Shown: positions 20,125-31,345, counted from the stretch's first letter. The stretch is 64,000 nt of DNA from Candidatus Binatia bacterium (GCA_963666315.2 CAXXHG010000008.1:128001-192000), one strand, 5' to 3'. Numbers and translations: made by a program. Notes: generated by a model not told the origin, from the sequence alone.

Positions 20125-21414
20125 CTAGCGGACGCAACGAAAACCGATACTGCTGTTCGCGTCCGACGGCTCGCTGATCCCGACGACCGCAAACACGCCG
20201 GCAGCCGTGCCGTTGCCGAAGTGGCCGCCGCGGACCAGGGCGCCGGGACCACGGGTTGTTCTCGCGCCACCCATTAAATTGACATCCTCTGTCCCATCGA
20301 ACACGGCAGGCACAGCCCTCGTAGACGCCGGCCCCCAGTCGGCAACCCACTCCCACACATTCCCCACCATGTCGAACGCCCCCCAGGCCGACACGCAGTT
20401 CGCTCGTGATCCGGTCCCCTCCGGCACAGCTGACATGGTTTTGCAGTCCTCCCCTCCCGGCGTGTCGCCCGGATCGGGTGTCCCAGCCGCTGCCGCCTGC
20501 CTCTCCGCATTGCGCAACAGCCGCTTGCCTGCATTCACACACGCCTGCTGGGCTTGAAACCAGGTGATGAAGCGGGCGGGCAGGGCGTCCTTCCGGCTCA
20601 CCGCATAGATCATGTCCTTGCAGTCATTGCCCGTATCTGCGCACGGATAATCATCCTCCGTTACCCCATATTGCATCCCCGTGCCCTCCGCGTTCGCCCA
20701 CACCGACGCCTCGTACGTGTCCACACACACCGCCCCGACTGCCATCATGTCGGCCGGACACGCCTCGTCCGGACACGTCCCCCCGCTTGGCACGCCCATC
20801 CCCGAGGCCGAAATCGCGAAGCTCTGGGCCGCCTGAGCCCAGTCGACGCGGGTATTCTCGCCCGCGACGGGAAAGTCATCGATCGTGCATGCGCCCGCTA
20901 AGTCGGTCAGAAAGAAATTCGGGGCCGCCGCGCCCGACAGAACGACGATGTCGATCATCCGCTGCTCGACCATGGTGTCGTTGACATAGAGAGTGATCGT
21001 TTCCGGGCCGGCCCGAACCGGGTTACGTTCGTGGTAATCCCCCAGCCATTATTGTCCCCCAGACACGGCCCGCTCGCACTCATGTTGGTGTCCGGGCGGA
21101 ACGTGCCGACCGCGGCGCGCTCCCGCGGGTTGATACCGATCTGAATCTCCACCACGGTGCCCGTGCGCACCGCCATGACGGCCGGATCGCAGGTCCAGCC
21201 TCGAAACAACACGACCCCACTGAGCGTCTGGACCGGGGCTCGCTGCCGGCACTTCCCAGGTCCCCACGAGGGGATCAGGCAATGTGGGTTGCCCCAATGA
21301 TGTAGGTGGGACGGCCAAAACAAAGCCGAAAACGGCCACCGCTCTGACCAGCCACGAACAAAGTGAAGGCTGTGTGTTCCAGCTGTTGAGCAAACCTCTC
21401 GCTGTGACCCTCAT
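20125..21414 (-). pseudogene. Exported protein: N-terminal beta-rich domain plus FGE-sulfatase/CLec domain; frameshifted, candidate DGR target
   Basis: Signal-like MRVT..AVAVFGFVLAV; shifts near 21225 and 21005; CVDTYEAS, TWFQAQQAC..GKRLL, DMVGNVWEWV, RGG..IGFRC. Confidence 0.75.
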
Positions 21415-21614
21415 GGGATACGCGCCGGGCAAAAACTCGTGCCAGAACCACGAGGCAACATCCTCTGCCGTTCCTGGGTTCTGTGCTTCCCCTGCAGCCG
21501 CAGGCCGGAGACCCGCGACTGCCATGCCGGTTCCCCCCCTCCACGGGAAGCCGAGGAGGAAAAATCTGGCAGCTGCTAGTACCGCCCCGCCGGTTGGGCC
21601 GACCACGGGCGACG

Positions 21615-22939
21615 TTAGGCCGCCAGTGCCGCGGCCGGCGCGCTGCCATCTCGAGCGCGGATCCCGGCATACACGGCAGGCAACAGGGCGCGCCCCTTGA
21701 GCGTGCGAAAGGTGGACTCCGCCACTTGCAGGAGTTTCCAGATCAGCGCCGTGGCGTTCTCAACTTTCTTAAAGCGTTTGGCTGCGGTGGTGCGTAATCG
21801 GACGGCGGCAAACGGCGACTCCACAATGTTCGTCGTGCGCAGATGGACCGAGTGCTCCCTGGGGGTCCGGTAGAAGGTCACCAAGCGCTCCCAATCTGAC
21901 TCCAAGCGGTCCACAGCTTTGGGACAGAGGGGGTGATAGCGCTGACGAAACTGTCCCTTTAACGCTTCACAGTCCCGCTGCGTATCCGCATACGGCATGG
22001 CTCGTAGGAGTTGACTCGCTTCGGGCTGGTATTTCTTGGGGATAGCATCCAAGATGTTGAGGAGCCGATGATTCCAGCACCGCTGCTCGGCCAGCGGGGG
22101 ATACTGGTCCCCCAGCGCCGCCCATAAGCCCAAGTGCCCGTGGGCAATCGCGCATCGCCACGCTTTCAGCCCCCGCTTGCGCAAGTCGCGCAAAATCATC
22201 ACCCAGGACTCTTTGGATTCCCGCACCGCACTCTCCACGGCCAGCACGACCTTCTGGCCATTTGTGAGCGCCCCAATCATCACCAATAGCGCGGCTTTCG
22301 TGTCCTCTAACCCGGCTTTGACATACAACCCATCAGCCCAGATGTAGACCACTTCGAGGTCATCGAGTCGCCGTTTGTTCCAGGCTGCATACTCCTGTTG
22401 CCACCGGGCTTTGAGTCGTACCAGAGAAGAGCGGGATAAGGGCGCACCATCGCCAAGCAACCCCCGTAAGGCTAGGTCAAAGTCGCCTAACGCCAACCCA
22501 TGCAAGTATAACTCAGGCAGCAACTTGCCCACCTGCTGGGTATGGCGTTTGAACATCGGGAGGACTCGACTTTCAAGGCGCTCTGGCAAGTCCCGCACTC
22601 GTGGACGGCGCACTGTGATTGTCCCCGCTGGCGTTGCCAACCTCCGTGGCTTGCAATGGCCGTTGCGATAGCCCACGGACGCCGGGCGAGTCTTCCGCTG
22701 AACGGACTTGGGACGCCCCAATAACTCAGTGACTTCTTCTTCCAGCAGGGTTTGGATGAACTTCTGGATATGTTCTCGGACATACTCTTCCAGGTGGTCC
22801 CAGGATGGGCGAGACGATGACTGTGACGATGTGACTGGCCGTGTCATGGTGGCTCCTCTTTACACTCCAGGGCCAGTTAGGTTTTATCCTGAGAAGGATA
22901 GGCCACCTGGTGCGTTTACACACCATCCGGTATTACCTC
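21615..22939 (-). mobile_element. IS256 family element (transposase 21615-22847)
   Basis: GYRNG, LYLHGLALGD, YIWADGLY, QRCWNH, LRTTNIVES; probable left end GAGGTAATACCGGATGGTGTGTAAAC; no matching right end found. Confidence 0.9.
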
Positions 22940-23119
22940 AAAAACCAACCCTAGTTCCTCAAGCGTCCGCAAGCTGTGGCTCGCATTCCCCTTCTCCTCT
23001 TTCAAGGTACGCCCAAGCTCCTGATGCTCCCCTGCTACGACCCCATCCGTGCGCTGTCCGCCTTCCACCAACCACCAAAGGATATGTTTCTGTAACTGTG
23101 AGAGCCGCCGTGCTGCCAT
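22940..23119 (-). pseudogene. MarR-like HTH gene interrupted by IS256
   Basis: LSQLQKHIL..ELGRTL..KGNASHSLRTLEELGLV, then runs into the IS end. Confidence 0.55.
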
Positions 23120-23593
23120 ACCTTTATGGTGCTCCTTCCAGCCGAGGAGAAGATTAATTACAACAATGGTACCCGGTTGGTGATGTTCGCGGGAAGAAGC
23201 TATCGCTGCTCGTGCTCCGCGCGCACCCGTTTTGCTTCTTGCCGTTTCTTCGCTTCGTGCATCCGGTTCTGCCGCGCCTGCTTCGTCTGCTCGTGCTGTT
23301 GGTGCATCTCCTTGCGCTGTTCTTCCGGGTGACGCCGCTGCACCTTAGAAAGTTTAGGCATGGTCTCCTCTCTCTCTGCCTGTTTGACTCATCCTCTGTT
23401 TGCACCAGAACCCAAGTGCTCTCCTGGAGCCTTTCACTGCCTCGATTGTGTTTCCAAGTCTTTGGTGCAACGTCTTTGTCTCTTCCATACAGACGGTTGA
23501 CCCCTGCTCGATCACTTTATCGACCCTCAATCATCTTTTGCATAACAAACCGCACGGAACGCCGACCACCACTCAGCCCTTATCTGGTTGATC

Positions 23594-24432
23594 GGTATTG
23601 TCAACTAATCGGGGGACTTGCCCAACGTTGGTTGTCTGTGTCGTAACGGGGCGTGGCTTCACGTACCACAGGTCTGTATCGAAAGCATCGGTTTCCGCCC
23701 GAAATTATTGCCCACGCCTTCTGGCTCTACCATCGCTTCAGCCTCAGCTTTCGCGAAGTCGAAGAACTGTCGGCCGAACGGGGGGTGTTCGTTAGTTACG
23801 AAGCGGTCCGCCTCTGGTGTCTCAAGTTTGGCCAGACATCCGCCAAGAAGTTACGCCGCAGACGGGGCCGACCAGGCGACATCTGGCATCTCGACGAACT
23901 GTTCATCCATATCCGAGGGGAGCGCTACTACTTATGGCGCGCTGTGGATAAAGATGGCCAGGTTCTCGATATTCTGATGCAGAAACGGCGCAATACTAAC
24001 GCCGCCAACCGCTTCTTTCGCAAGTTATTGAAGGGGTTAGTGTAAGTGCTCAATCAACTGGTCATCGATAAGCTCCGCAGCTATAGTGCTGCTCACCGGA
24101 TCCTGCTCCCCTCTGTCCAGCACTGCACGACCCAATACGCCAACAATCGTGCCAAAGGGTCCCACCAACCCACCCGCCAGCGCGAACGACAGATGCGCGG
24201 CTTCTAATCTCTGCGACATGTACAACGGTTTCTTTCCGTCCACGGATCTATCAATAATCTCTTTCGGATTGGACGCCACCTGGTGAGGGCTGTCCATTAT
24301 CGGCTGTGTCGGGAACGAGCGTTCGCCACGTGGCGAGACGTGACAACGGCTCTCGAAACAGCGTAAGGGTAGATTACATCCGACCTCACACTACGTGAGG
24401 TTCGTGCTTTGTCTTGATAACTTGACAGAACC
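23594..24432 (+). mobile_element. IS6 family element with disrupted transposase
   Basis: YRKHRFPPEII, WHLDELFI, YLWRAVD; frameshift near 24045 (DKLRSYSAA), stop near 24205; imperfect IRs GGTATTGTCAACTA / TAACTTGACAGAACC. Confidence 0.9.
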
Positions 24433-24577
24433 TCGGCCCCACCTGAAAACCCGGGCTATCCTGCGGCTTCCGACTCCGCCGATAATAGGGCCGTGACCAT
24501 CTCTGGAACGAAATCCTACTCTAAGGAGTGGGTCTCGCAGGCATAAATTCCTTCATTCCTGTGAACCCCGTTACGGA

Positions 24578-24603
24578 AGAAGAGGCGGCCTGCCGCCTCT
24601 TCT
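24578..24603 (-). terminator. Hairpin downstream of amidohydrolase
   Basis: AGAAGAGGCGGC-CT-GCCGCCTCTTCT inverted repeat about 25 bp past the stop. Confidence 0.55.
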
Positions 24604-24627
24604 TATCTAGTTTGTAAACACGGTTTT

Positions 24628-25803
24628 TCAAGCGAGCCCGAAAAACCGGACCGAAGCATCCCCTAACAGGCCGTTGCGAGCTTCCGGCGTGTGGAGGCTT
24701 CCGGCGAGGTGAGCAAGATGTTCCATGTAGTTTCCTGGGTGGTCTGGATGCGGAAAATCCGACGCCCAGCCGAATTGATTCGGGCCGAAGTCCTCGATCG
24801 TTTTTGCCCACGCCGTTTCGTCCGGATCGCCACCCACAAAGCATTGCTTAGCGAAAGTCTCCTTCGGTCGAGTGGTTATCTTGATGCCGCGCTCACCGAC
24901 CTGAGTATCGAAGACCGCTTCTATCTTATCGAGCAAGGAGGGGACCCAACCCGCACCACCTTCAAAGAAGCCGACGCGAAGTCTAGGGAAACGCTCGAAC
25001 AGCCCGTACTGAAACATATCCACGAGTGCGATTTCCATCGCTAATCTGCCGCTCAGTACCGACAATAGAAATTGTCCACCGTCGTGCAAGATTTTGGGCT
25101 CGATCCTGCTAAACGGCCGATATTCGCGGCGTTCACCCGACACGTGGATGCAAACAGGCACATCCAGATCCTGCGCTGCTGCATAAAAGGGATCCCATTC
25201 CGTATCCCCCAAGGGCAATCTCCGGACATTAAAGGTCACGATCATTGCGCCTTTCGCTCCTGCCTGAACCGCCGTCTTCAGGTCTTCCGCCGCTACCTTG
25301 GGGTCCCCAAGAAAGCAGTGAGCTATCGGCACAAGTCGCCCCTTGCTACCGGAGCAGAAATCAATCACCCAACGATTGTAGGCCCGGCACATTGCATGGG
25401 CCAACTCGATATCGGTGATGTGGGTGTTCCAGAGCAGCCCGAGGGAGGTGAATATAGCGGTATATTTGAGACCCTCAGCGTCAGCTCGGGCCAGTCGAGC
25501 CGCGGGGATGTAGCCAGCCGGATCAGCATCCCCCGGCCATTCCATCTTCAATCCATCCATTTCCGCGAGTGATCGACCCATACCCATGATCGCTTGCAGA
25601 CTCTTGAGGTCACTGCCACGGAGGAACTGCCCGTCTAGCTGGAGATGCAGCCCTTCGGCAGTTCGACCGAAGCGTAGCCCCCGATCCTTATACTTGGCTT
25701 CCATAAGGTCGCCTGTCCACAGATCGGCCGGTTCAATGATATGACCGTCGGTGTCCATGATACCGTAGTTTCCGGTATAGAGTTCAGTTGCTGTCAATGT
25801 CAT
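24628..25803 (-). CDS. Amidohydrolase_2 family protein
   Basis: DTDGHIIEP, RAYNRW, PVCIH, FERFPRL..EGGAGW, WASDFPHPD; RBS GAAAGGAAGG. Confidence 0.88.
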   Translation of the reverse strand: MTLTATELYTGNYGIMDTDGHIIEPADLWTGDLMEAKYKDRGLRFGRTAEGLHLQLDGQFLRGSDLKSLQAIMGMGRSLAEMDGLKMEWPGDADPAGYIPAARLARADAEGLKYTAIFTSLGLLWNTHITDIELAHAMCRAYNRWVIDFCSGSKGRLVPIAHCFLGDPKVAAEDLKTAVQAGAKGAMIVTFNVRRLPLGDTEWDPFYAAAQDLDVPVCIHVSGERREYRPFSRIEPKILHDGGQFLLSVLSGRLAMEIALVDMFQYGLFERFPRLRVGFFEGGAGWVPSLLDKIEAVFDTQVGERGIKITTRPKETFAKQCFVGGDPDETAWAKTIEDFGPNQFGWASDFPHPDHPGNYMEHLAHLAGSLHTPEARNGLLGDASVRFFGLA

Positions 25804-25928
25804 ATAAGACCTTCCTTTCGGCACGAGATCGAGGTTGGTGGGGGACACCACCAACTAGCGCCGGCCGCTGACCATATTGCGCAGTGAGTAAAACTGCTTG
25901 GCGCGTCCTGGAGAGAAATCTTTCATCA

Positions 25929-27287
25929 TCACATAGCAATGGGAGTGAAGGTGGCATGCGGCTTCTTGGCGTTGATATCCGTTTCCCCCAAGTGAATGAG
26001 CACGCGGTGCCCGACGTTGTTCGAGAAATCTAATTGCATATAGGGCGCTTGCTGAGTCACCTCGTCGGCATAGCTCTCGGAATACTTCAAAAAATGCTGG
26101 TTCATACGTAAGAGCTGATCATCTTGTCGATCGAAGCCGAACATCCATAGCGTCCAGAACGTCTCTGTATCGATAAACACAATCTTGTGGCTGTAAGGGT
26201 GGTTTTTAGCTTTAGGCTCTATCAAGAGGACATGACTCTCGCGTACTTCCCAGCGGGCTTTGTTCGGCACCCAGAGGTGCGGGCCGCCCGCCTCGGGGTT
26301 GTCACGCACATTGATCGTGGCCAGAACCGCTCTTTTACCCAAATAAATCCAGTTGTGCTCGTATACCTTCCCGCCGAATCCCATGGCGTCTTCCATGGTG
26401 TAATCCATGCCCATCAACTCGCTCGTGCGCTCGGAGGCCAGCGTACGTCGGGGCTTGCGCTGCGCGGGCATATACAGCCAGCCGGCATCTTCTTTGTAGT
26501 GGTCCACATAGGTTTTGGTGAGCGTCTTGGCGCCAGCCATATCCCGCGGCGAGCGGAACTCCATGAGCTGTTTGGTTCTTATCTCTTCATAGCCCGGCAC
26601 TAGACAGTGGGCACCCTGGGCGTATCGGGAGCTCAGGGCGGTAAACTCCAACTTCCGGTCGAGCTGCCCGTTCTCACTCCGCAACCAGGCTACCATCGGC
26701 ATGACGTAGCCCTCGGCTCCAGGCCGCCAGAGCATATTCCAAACGACTTTATGGGCCGCGCGCGGATCGTCGGCTGTGATATCCGCAAAGGGAAATCCTC
26801 CACCGGTAAACCCCACCAGGACACCACGCTCATCCAACGTGTAGTCGGAGGGGACATTCTTGCCCCACTCCGCTGGCGGCGGGTAGTGTCCGGTTGCCGC
26901 AATCTCCATGTCCAGGCCGTCAAAAAAGTAGTACTCCCACGCCGACTGGGGAATGAGCGCCTCTAGCACATTTTTGCGGTCTTTCTGCGTGAGATGTTGG
27001 CCGGGCGTCACCGTCTTGGCATCGGGCTGATAATGCTCAATCCAGTATCGCAGAGCCTGATAGCTCTGATCCCCCTGAACCCTCAGGTCTCTCTCGTCCT
27101 TCTGATCACTCTGGTCATGGGCCGCATGAGATACGGTTGGCAGTATCCAGAGACTGCTTATTATAAGTGCAAGGGCGCTCATCAAGAGGCGCTGAAGAAG
27201 ATGGACACGTAGCTGCTGCGGTCTGGCTCGTTCTTCCATGTTGTCCTTCCATGATGTACGGATGAGGAAAATCCTGTACCTATTCAC
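25929..27287 (-). CDS. DUF1329-like exported protein, probably C-terminally truncated
   Basis: Signal peptide; GFPF..I..DDP.AA.KVVWN, WLYMPAQRKPRR, WEVR, HPYSHK..FID; start uncertain. Confidence 0.7.
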   Translation of the reverse strand: MNRYRIFLIRTSWKDNMEERARPQQLRVHLLQRLLMSALALIISSLWILPTVSHAAHDQSDQKDERDLRVQGDQSYQALRYWIEHYQPDAKTVTPGQHLTQKDRKNVLEALIPQSAWEYYFFDGLDMEIAATGHYPPPAEWGKNVPSDYTLDERGVLVGFTGGGFPFADITADDPRAAHKVVWNMLWRPGAEGYVMPMVAWLRSENGQLDRKLEFTALSSRYAQGAHCLVPGYEEIRTKQLMEFRSPRDMAGAKTLTKTYVDHYKEDAGWLYMPAQRKPRRTLASERTSELMGMDYTMEDAMGFGGKVYEHNWIYLGKRAVLATINVRDNPEAGGPHLWVPNKARWEVRESHVLLIEPKAKNHPYSHKIVFIDTETFWTLWMFGFDRQDDQLLRMNQHFLKYSESYADEVTQQAPYMQLDFSNNVGHRVLIHLGETDINAKKPHATFTPIAM

Positions 27288-27616
27288 TTCTCTCTACTCA
27301 AGACATATTGATTACATTCCCGAGAGTCAACCAATGGCAAACTCGTGGAGTTATGTATCGTATGAATTGGTGCACGTGGCGTGCTTGGCCTGACTCGATC
27401 CTATCTTTGCGCTCTCATCGCCCCCGTGTATGGTTATCGACGTGAACAGCCAAGTCCAGAGCCTGCCGTCTGGCACCTACCAGGCAGAAGATACACCCCT
27501 GACCCAAGTCCGCACTGGCTCTCATCCACACGGCTGCGGCTCCTGCTTGACCTGATTGCAGCTCCACCGGATCCAGTTGAACAACGAGCGACCCTGGTCA
27601 TTGTCCAACTTGGTTG

Positions 27617-28194
27617 GTCACTATACCCCCGCATCTCGTCTCGCATCCGCAATGCCGCATACAGTGTCCGCTGCGGATGGTCCTCATGCGCAATCGGCGC
27701 ACCGAACAAGGCAAAGATGCCGTCGCCCAAGGCTTACGCCACATACCCGTCATAGCGATGCACGACATCCATCATCAGTTGCAAGGCCGGGTCGATAATC
27801 GCACGGGCGTCTTCGGGGTCGAGCCCCTCGATGAGGGCGGTAGAACCTTTGAGGTCCGCAAACAGGGCGGTGATGGTTTTCGGCTCGCCATCTGCTGCGC
27901 CACGGGATTCCATCGCTTGCTGTTCGGCGCGGATACGCTCGGCCAGATGGGGGGGTGTAGGTTGAGGGGGGTTGGGGGCTGAGAGGACGGTGGTGGCGCG
28001 CCGGCGGCTCCCACCCAGACTAACACCTCGCCATCTTTATCGACTGCAAGCTCTTGCCCTTTGATAAGTTCAAACTTGAGATCGTCCAGCGCCTCATCAT
28101 CCAGGGCAAACGGGCGCTTGAGCGTCCGGTAAGTCAGTCGTCCTTGACTCTGCAGTAAGGCTTTCGCTTGCTCTATAATCGCAACAAAATCCAT
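27617..28194 (-). pseudogene. Cyclase-STAND-TPR paralog, N-terminal cyclase fragment
   Basis: MDFVAIIEQAKALLQSQGRLTYR.., shift near 27960, KTITALFADLKGS, GDGIFALFGAPIAHEDHPQR; truncated. Confidence 0.85.
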
Positions 28195-28677
28195 GCACGT
28201 GCAGCGGCGGCGGTGGATTGTATAGGAGTGCGACCGCGAGGGATAGACGCTGTCTTAAGCATTCATAGAGGCGTACGGACTCGATTTGCAGAGAAACGGA
28301 ACACCCAGTGACTTTTCTTTTTTTCTGCCGTGCTGGTCATAATGCGCGTTATCAGCCGTAATTTCAGCCCCACAACATTGACTGAGCAGCGGGCTTATCT
28401 GCCTCGACGCGACGCGCAGCCGGTGCGGAGTGGGGGAGGTCAGGGCAAGCGAGTGTGGAGGCTGGACCACCGGAGCAGTGAGCGCAGCGCTGCTGTAGCG
28501 GAAAGCGAAGGTGGACGCAACGTGACGCGCGGCGGCAAACATAGTAAACAATAACTGCAATGGCCCGGTGGCAGCCCCTTCTACCTTGCTTTCGTACTCC
28601 GGTGTATGGGTGGATTTGCCGAAGGCGTAGGCGTCGCTGGACTGATGCTCGCAACTTCGACGTACGCCGTTTGGTGC

Positions 28678-29877
28678 CTACAGCGGTGACCCACTAGGCA
28701 GCCCGACCAAGGTGCGTCCGTATGCCTCCATACCCGACTCGAATTGGAGGGCGAGATGTTGGCCGACCGCATGCGTGTCGCGCCAAATCCGCTGCACAGG
28801 GTGCTGGAGATACAGGGCCCGGCCGCCGCTTAACTCAAACAGTCGATCTACGATTCGGGTGGATTGCCGCACGATATAGCTGCGCCAGGCATAGTATCGG
28901 GCCCGCGCCTGCTCTGTAGGTACCTGTCGCTCATGGCCATACATAGCCATGAGTTCCTCGGCGTACCGGAGCATCAGCCCTTCCAGCGCGTCGAGTGTTG
29001 TGGAGCCTTCGGCCAAGGCGATCTGGGCAGCGGCCGTCCCGGGCGGGGGGGTGTCGCTCGTGCCGTATATGGGGACGCGTGTCTGCGTCCACTGCTGAAA
29101 ATGCGCAATAGCCGACCGCGCAGACCCGACGGCTGCCGGCACCAGCGAGAGACCTAGGGTGGGTATAAAAGGAAGCTGATACAACGGCCCTGGATGCAAC
29201 TGTTGCCCAGGCGAGGCACCGGTCCGTTCCGCACGCTCTAACCAGTAGACCCGGTGGTGGGGCACGAACGCGTCTTCTACGACGATCGTATTACTATCGG
29301 TGCCCTGCATGCCCACGACATGCCACTGGTCGTTGAGGCGGTAATCCGTCTTAGGAAGAAACAGCATAGTCCATTCGGGGGGCGCGTCCTGCTCCGGGGC
29401 AATGCGTGCCCCGACCGCGACCCAATCGCTGCACCACAATCCGCTCAAAAAGCTCCACTTGCCACTGAGTTGGTATCCCCCGGGGACCTCGTGAACGATG
29501 CCCATAGGAGCGAACGAGTCGGCCATCAGCACGGTCGAATCTTTTCCCCAGATCTCGTGTTGCAATTCAGGTTCGACATAGCCGATCCAGAAATTATGGA
29601 TGCCCAAAATACAAAACACCCAGCCGGTTGAGGTATCGCCCTTGGCAATCTCAGTCGCCACCTGTACGAAGGTCCCTAAGTCTAGCTCATACCCTCCCCA
29701 GTGGGTCGGCTGGAGGATGCGGAGTAACCCGGAGTCTCTCATCGCGTGCATGAGGTCCTCGGGCAGTCGGCGTTGCTGTTCGATTGCCTGCGCTCGCTCC
29801 GCAGCCATCTGCGCGATCCCATGGGCGCGTTCAAGCAAGGAGTCCAACGTCATTTTGGGTTGTTGATTCTCGCGCAT
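28678..29877 (-). CDS. Flavin-dependent monooxygenase oxygenase subunit, HsaA/C2-HpaH-like (acyl-CoA dehydrogenase fold)
   Basis: EQQRRLP, LQPTHWGG, LSGKWSFLSG, WHVVGMQGTDS, QRIWRD. Confidence 0.85.
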   Translation of the reverse strand: MRENQQPKMTLDSLLERAHGIAQMAAERAQAIEQQRRLPEDLMHAMRDSGLLRILQPTHWGGYELDLGTFVQVATEIAKGDTSTGWVFCILGIHNFWIGYVEPELQHEIWGKDSTVLMADSFAPMGIVHEVPGGYQLSGKWSFLSGLWCSDWVAVGARIAPEQDAPPEWTMLFLPKTDYRLNDQWHVVGMQGTDSNTIVVEDAFVPHHRVYWLERAERTGASPGQQLHPGPLYQLPFIPTLGLSLVPAAVGSARSAIAHFQQWTQTRVPIYGTSDTPPPGTAAAQIALAEGSTTLDALEGLMLRYAEELMAMYGHERQVPTEQARARYYAWRSYIVRQSTRIVDRLFELSGGRALYLQHPVQRIWRDTHAVGQHLALQFESGMEAYGRTLVGLPSGSPL

Positions 29878-29997
29878 GCCTTCCCTCAATTTTGTCAGCG
29901 CAGCGTTTATTCCATGTCTACTAGGAATTGATCAGTCATTGAGTCACCTTCGCACTCCGCACTGGGATCTTGCAATCGTCCCCGCCAGCTGTTCACT

Positions 29998-31236
29998 CTA
30001 AGCTTTGCTGTGGCCCTGATCGCCTGAATCGGCGGCGTCGAGTTCGGGAAGCACCTGGGTCAGGAACACGCCCAGCTCATCGAGCATGAGCTCCTTGGGG
30101 CAATGCGCGTAATGCCAGATGAGCGTGATGTATTCGCACGGCAGCCTGTCGTAGATATCGCGCCATTGCGCCTTGAGCTGCTCCACGGTTCCGCCCAGGA
30201 AAATGCCGCTGTCCTTCATGCTCTGCACAGTGGCGTCTGTATTGTCGAACTTCGGTATGCCATCGTAAAACGTTGAGTAATGCTGTACCCACATTTCGTA
30301 ATCGTAGCGCAGCAACTTGCCGGTGAATTCCGCTTCGTTTCGACCTAGATGAATCCAGCGCGCGATATTCTGTCGTGCGCCGAGTGCGTATTCCGATCCG
30401 GCGGCCCGCGCCTCTTCAACATACAGCGTGGCGAATTCAACTAAGGTATCGAGACCGGTGAAGTAGGTTGGCCGAAATCCATGTTGGGCCAGAAAGGGAA
30501 CCGAGGCGGCACTGCCGCTCATTGGTACGAAGACCGGGGGATACGGATCGCTATACGGACTCGGAACCACACTCACTCGTCTGATCGCGCCGTCGGGTCC
30601 GAGTTCTCCCAGCGCGCCCGCCGTCTCGATACTCTTACGCGCAGGGTAACCCTGGATGCCGGTTTCATATGGATAGGGAATCTCGTAATGGGACTCTTTA
30701 GTCTCCACCGATTCCTGCTGCCAGCACTGCAGTAAGATGCGCGTGCGCTCCTCGAACAGCTCACGGTTTCTTCGGTCAGCCGCGCTGCCATCGGAAAGGG
30801 TCGCAACGGCCCCGAAATGTTGACCCAGGATATCCATCCAGCGCGACTGGTAGCCACGTGTCAGGCCGACGAAGAAGCGGCCATTGGTCATGTGATCGAG
30901 GATGGCCGTTTCCTCGGCGACCCGGATCGGATCACGGGTCGCCATCACATAGCCCAACGCGCCCACGTAGGCATGCTTGACCTGGGTGGCCCACCAGGCG
31001 TTCAGCACCCCGGGATTAGGGCCGACTTCGTATCCCTCGGAGTGGAGGTGGTGCTCGATCGTACTGATCCCCCAAACGCCCATCTCGTCGAGTTCCTTGA
31101 CGAGGCCGAGTGTTTCATGCAGCACCTGATGATACACCTCGCGATTGCGTCCAAGCGGACGCTTGCGTTCACGATCTGCCCGGTCTTCGGCAGGAAGCAC
31201 GGGATAGATTTGGACAATCACTTTGGGAGTTGCCAT
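29998..31236 (-). CDS. LLM class flavin-dependent oxidoreductase
   Basis: TIEHHLHSEG, DPIRVAEETAILDH, GLTRGYQ. Confidence 0.85.
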   Translation of the reverse strand: MATPKVIVQIYPVLPAEDRADRERKRPLGRNREVYHQVLHETLGLVKELDEMGVWGISTIEHHLHSEGYEVGPNPGVLNAWWATQVKHAYVGALGYVMATRDPIRVAEETAILDHMTNGRFFVGLTRGYQSRWMDILGQHFGAVATLSDGSAADRRNRELFEERTRILLQCWQQESVETKESHYEIPYPYETGIQGYPARKSIETAGALGELGPDGAIRRVSVVPSPYSDPYPPVFVPMSGSAASVPFLAQHGFRPTYFTGLDTLVEFATLYVEEARAAGSEYALGARQNIARWIHLGRNEAEFTGKLLRYDYEMWVQHYSTFYDGIPKFDNTDATVQSMKDSGIFLGGTVEQLKAQWRDIYDRLPCEYITLIWHYAHCPKELMLDELGVFLTQVLPELDAADSGDQGHSKA

Positions 31237-31345
31237 TGTATGCTCCTTCGCGCTGATGCAGCGAACTAAGGGCGACTAGTCCAGAGCCCAGGTTGTGTTA
31301 GCATACCCCCACTGCGTGTAATGGCAACGTGTCCGGTGTGCTTGT

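Noticed and set aside
20125-20973. Active formylglycine-generating enzyme
   Set aside because: Lacks the catalytic CxxxxC pair after RGG and no sulfatase is nearby; fits a ligand-binding CLec domain.
21615-24432. Composite transposon
   Set aside because: The two IS belong to different families and no shared target duplication is visible.
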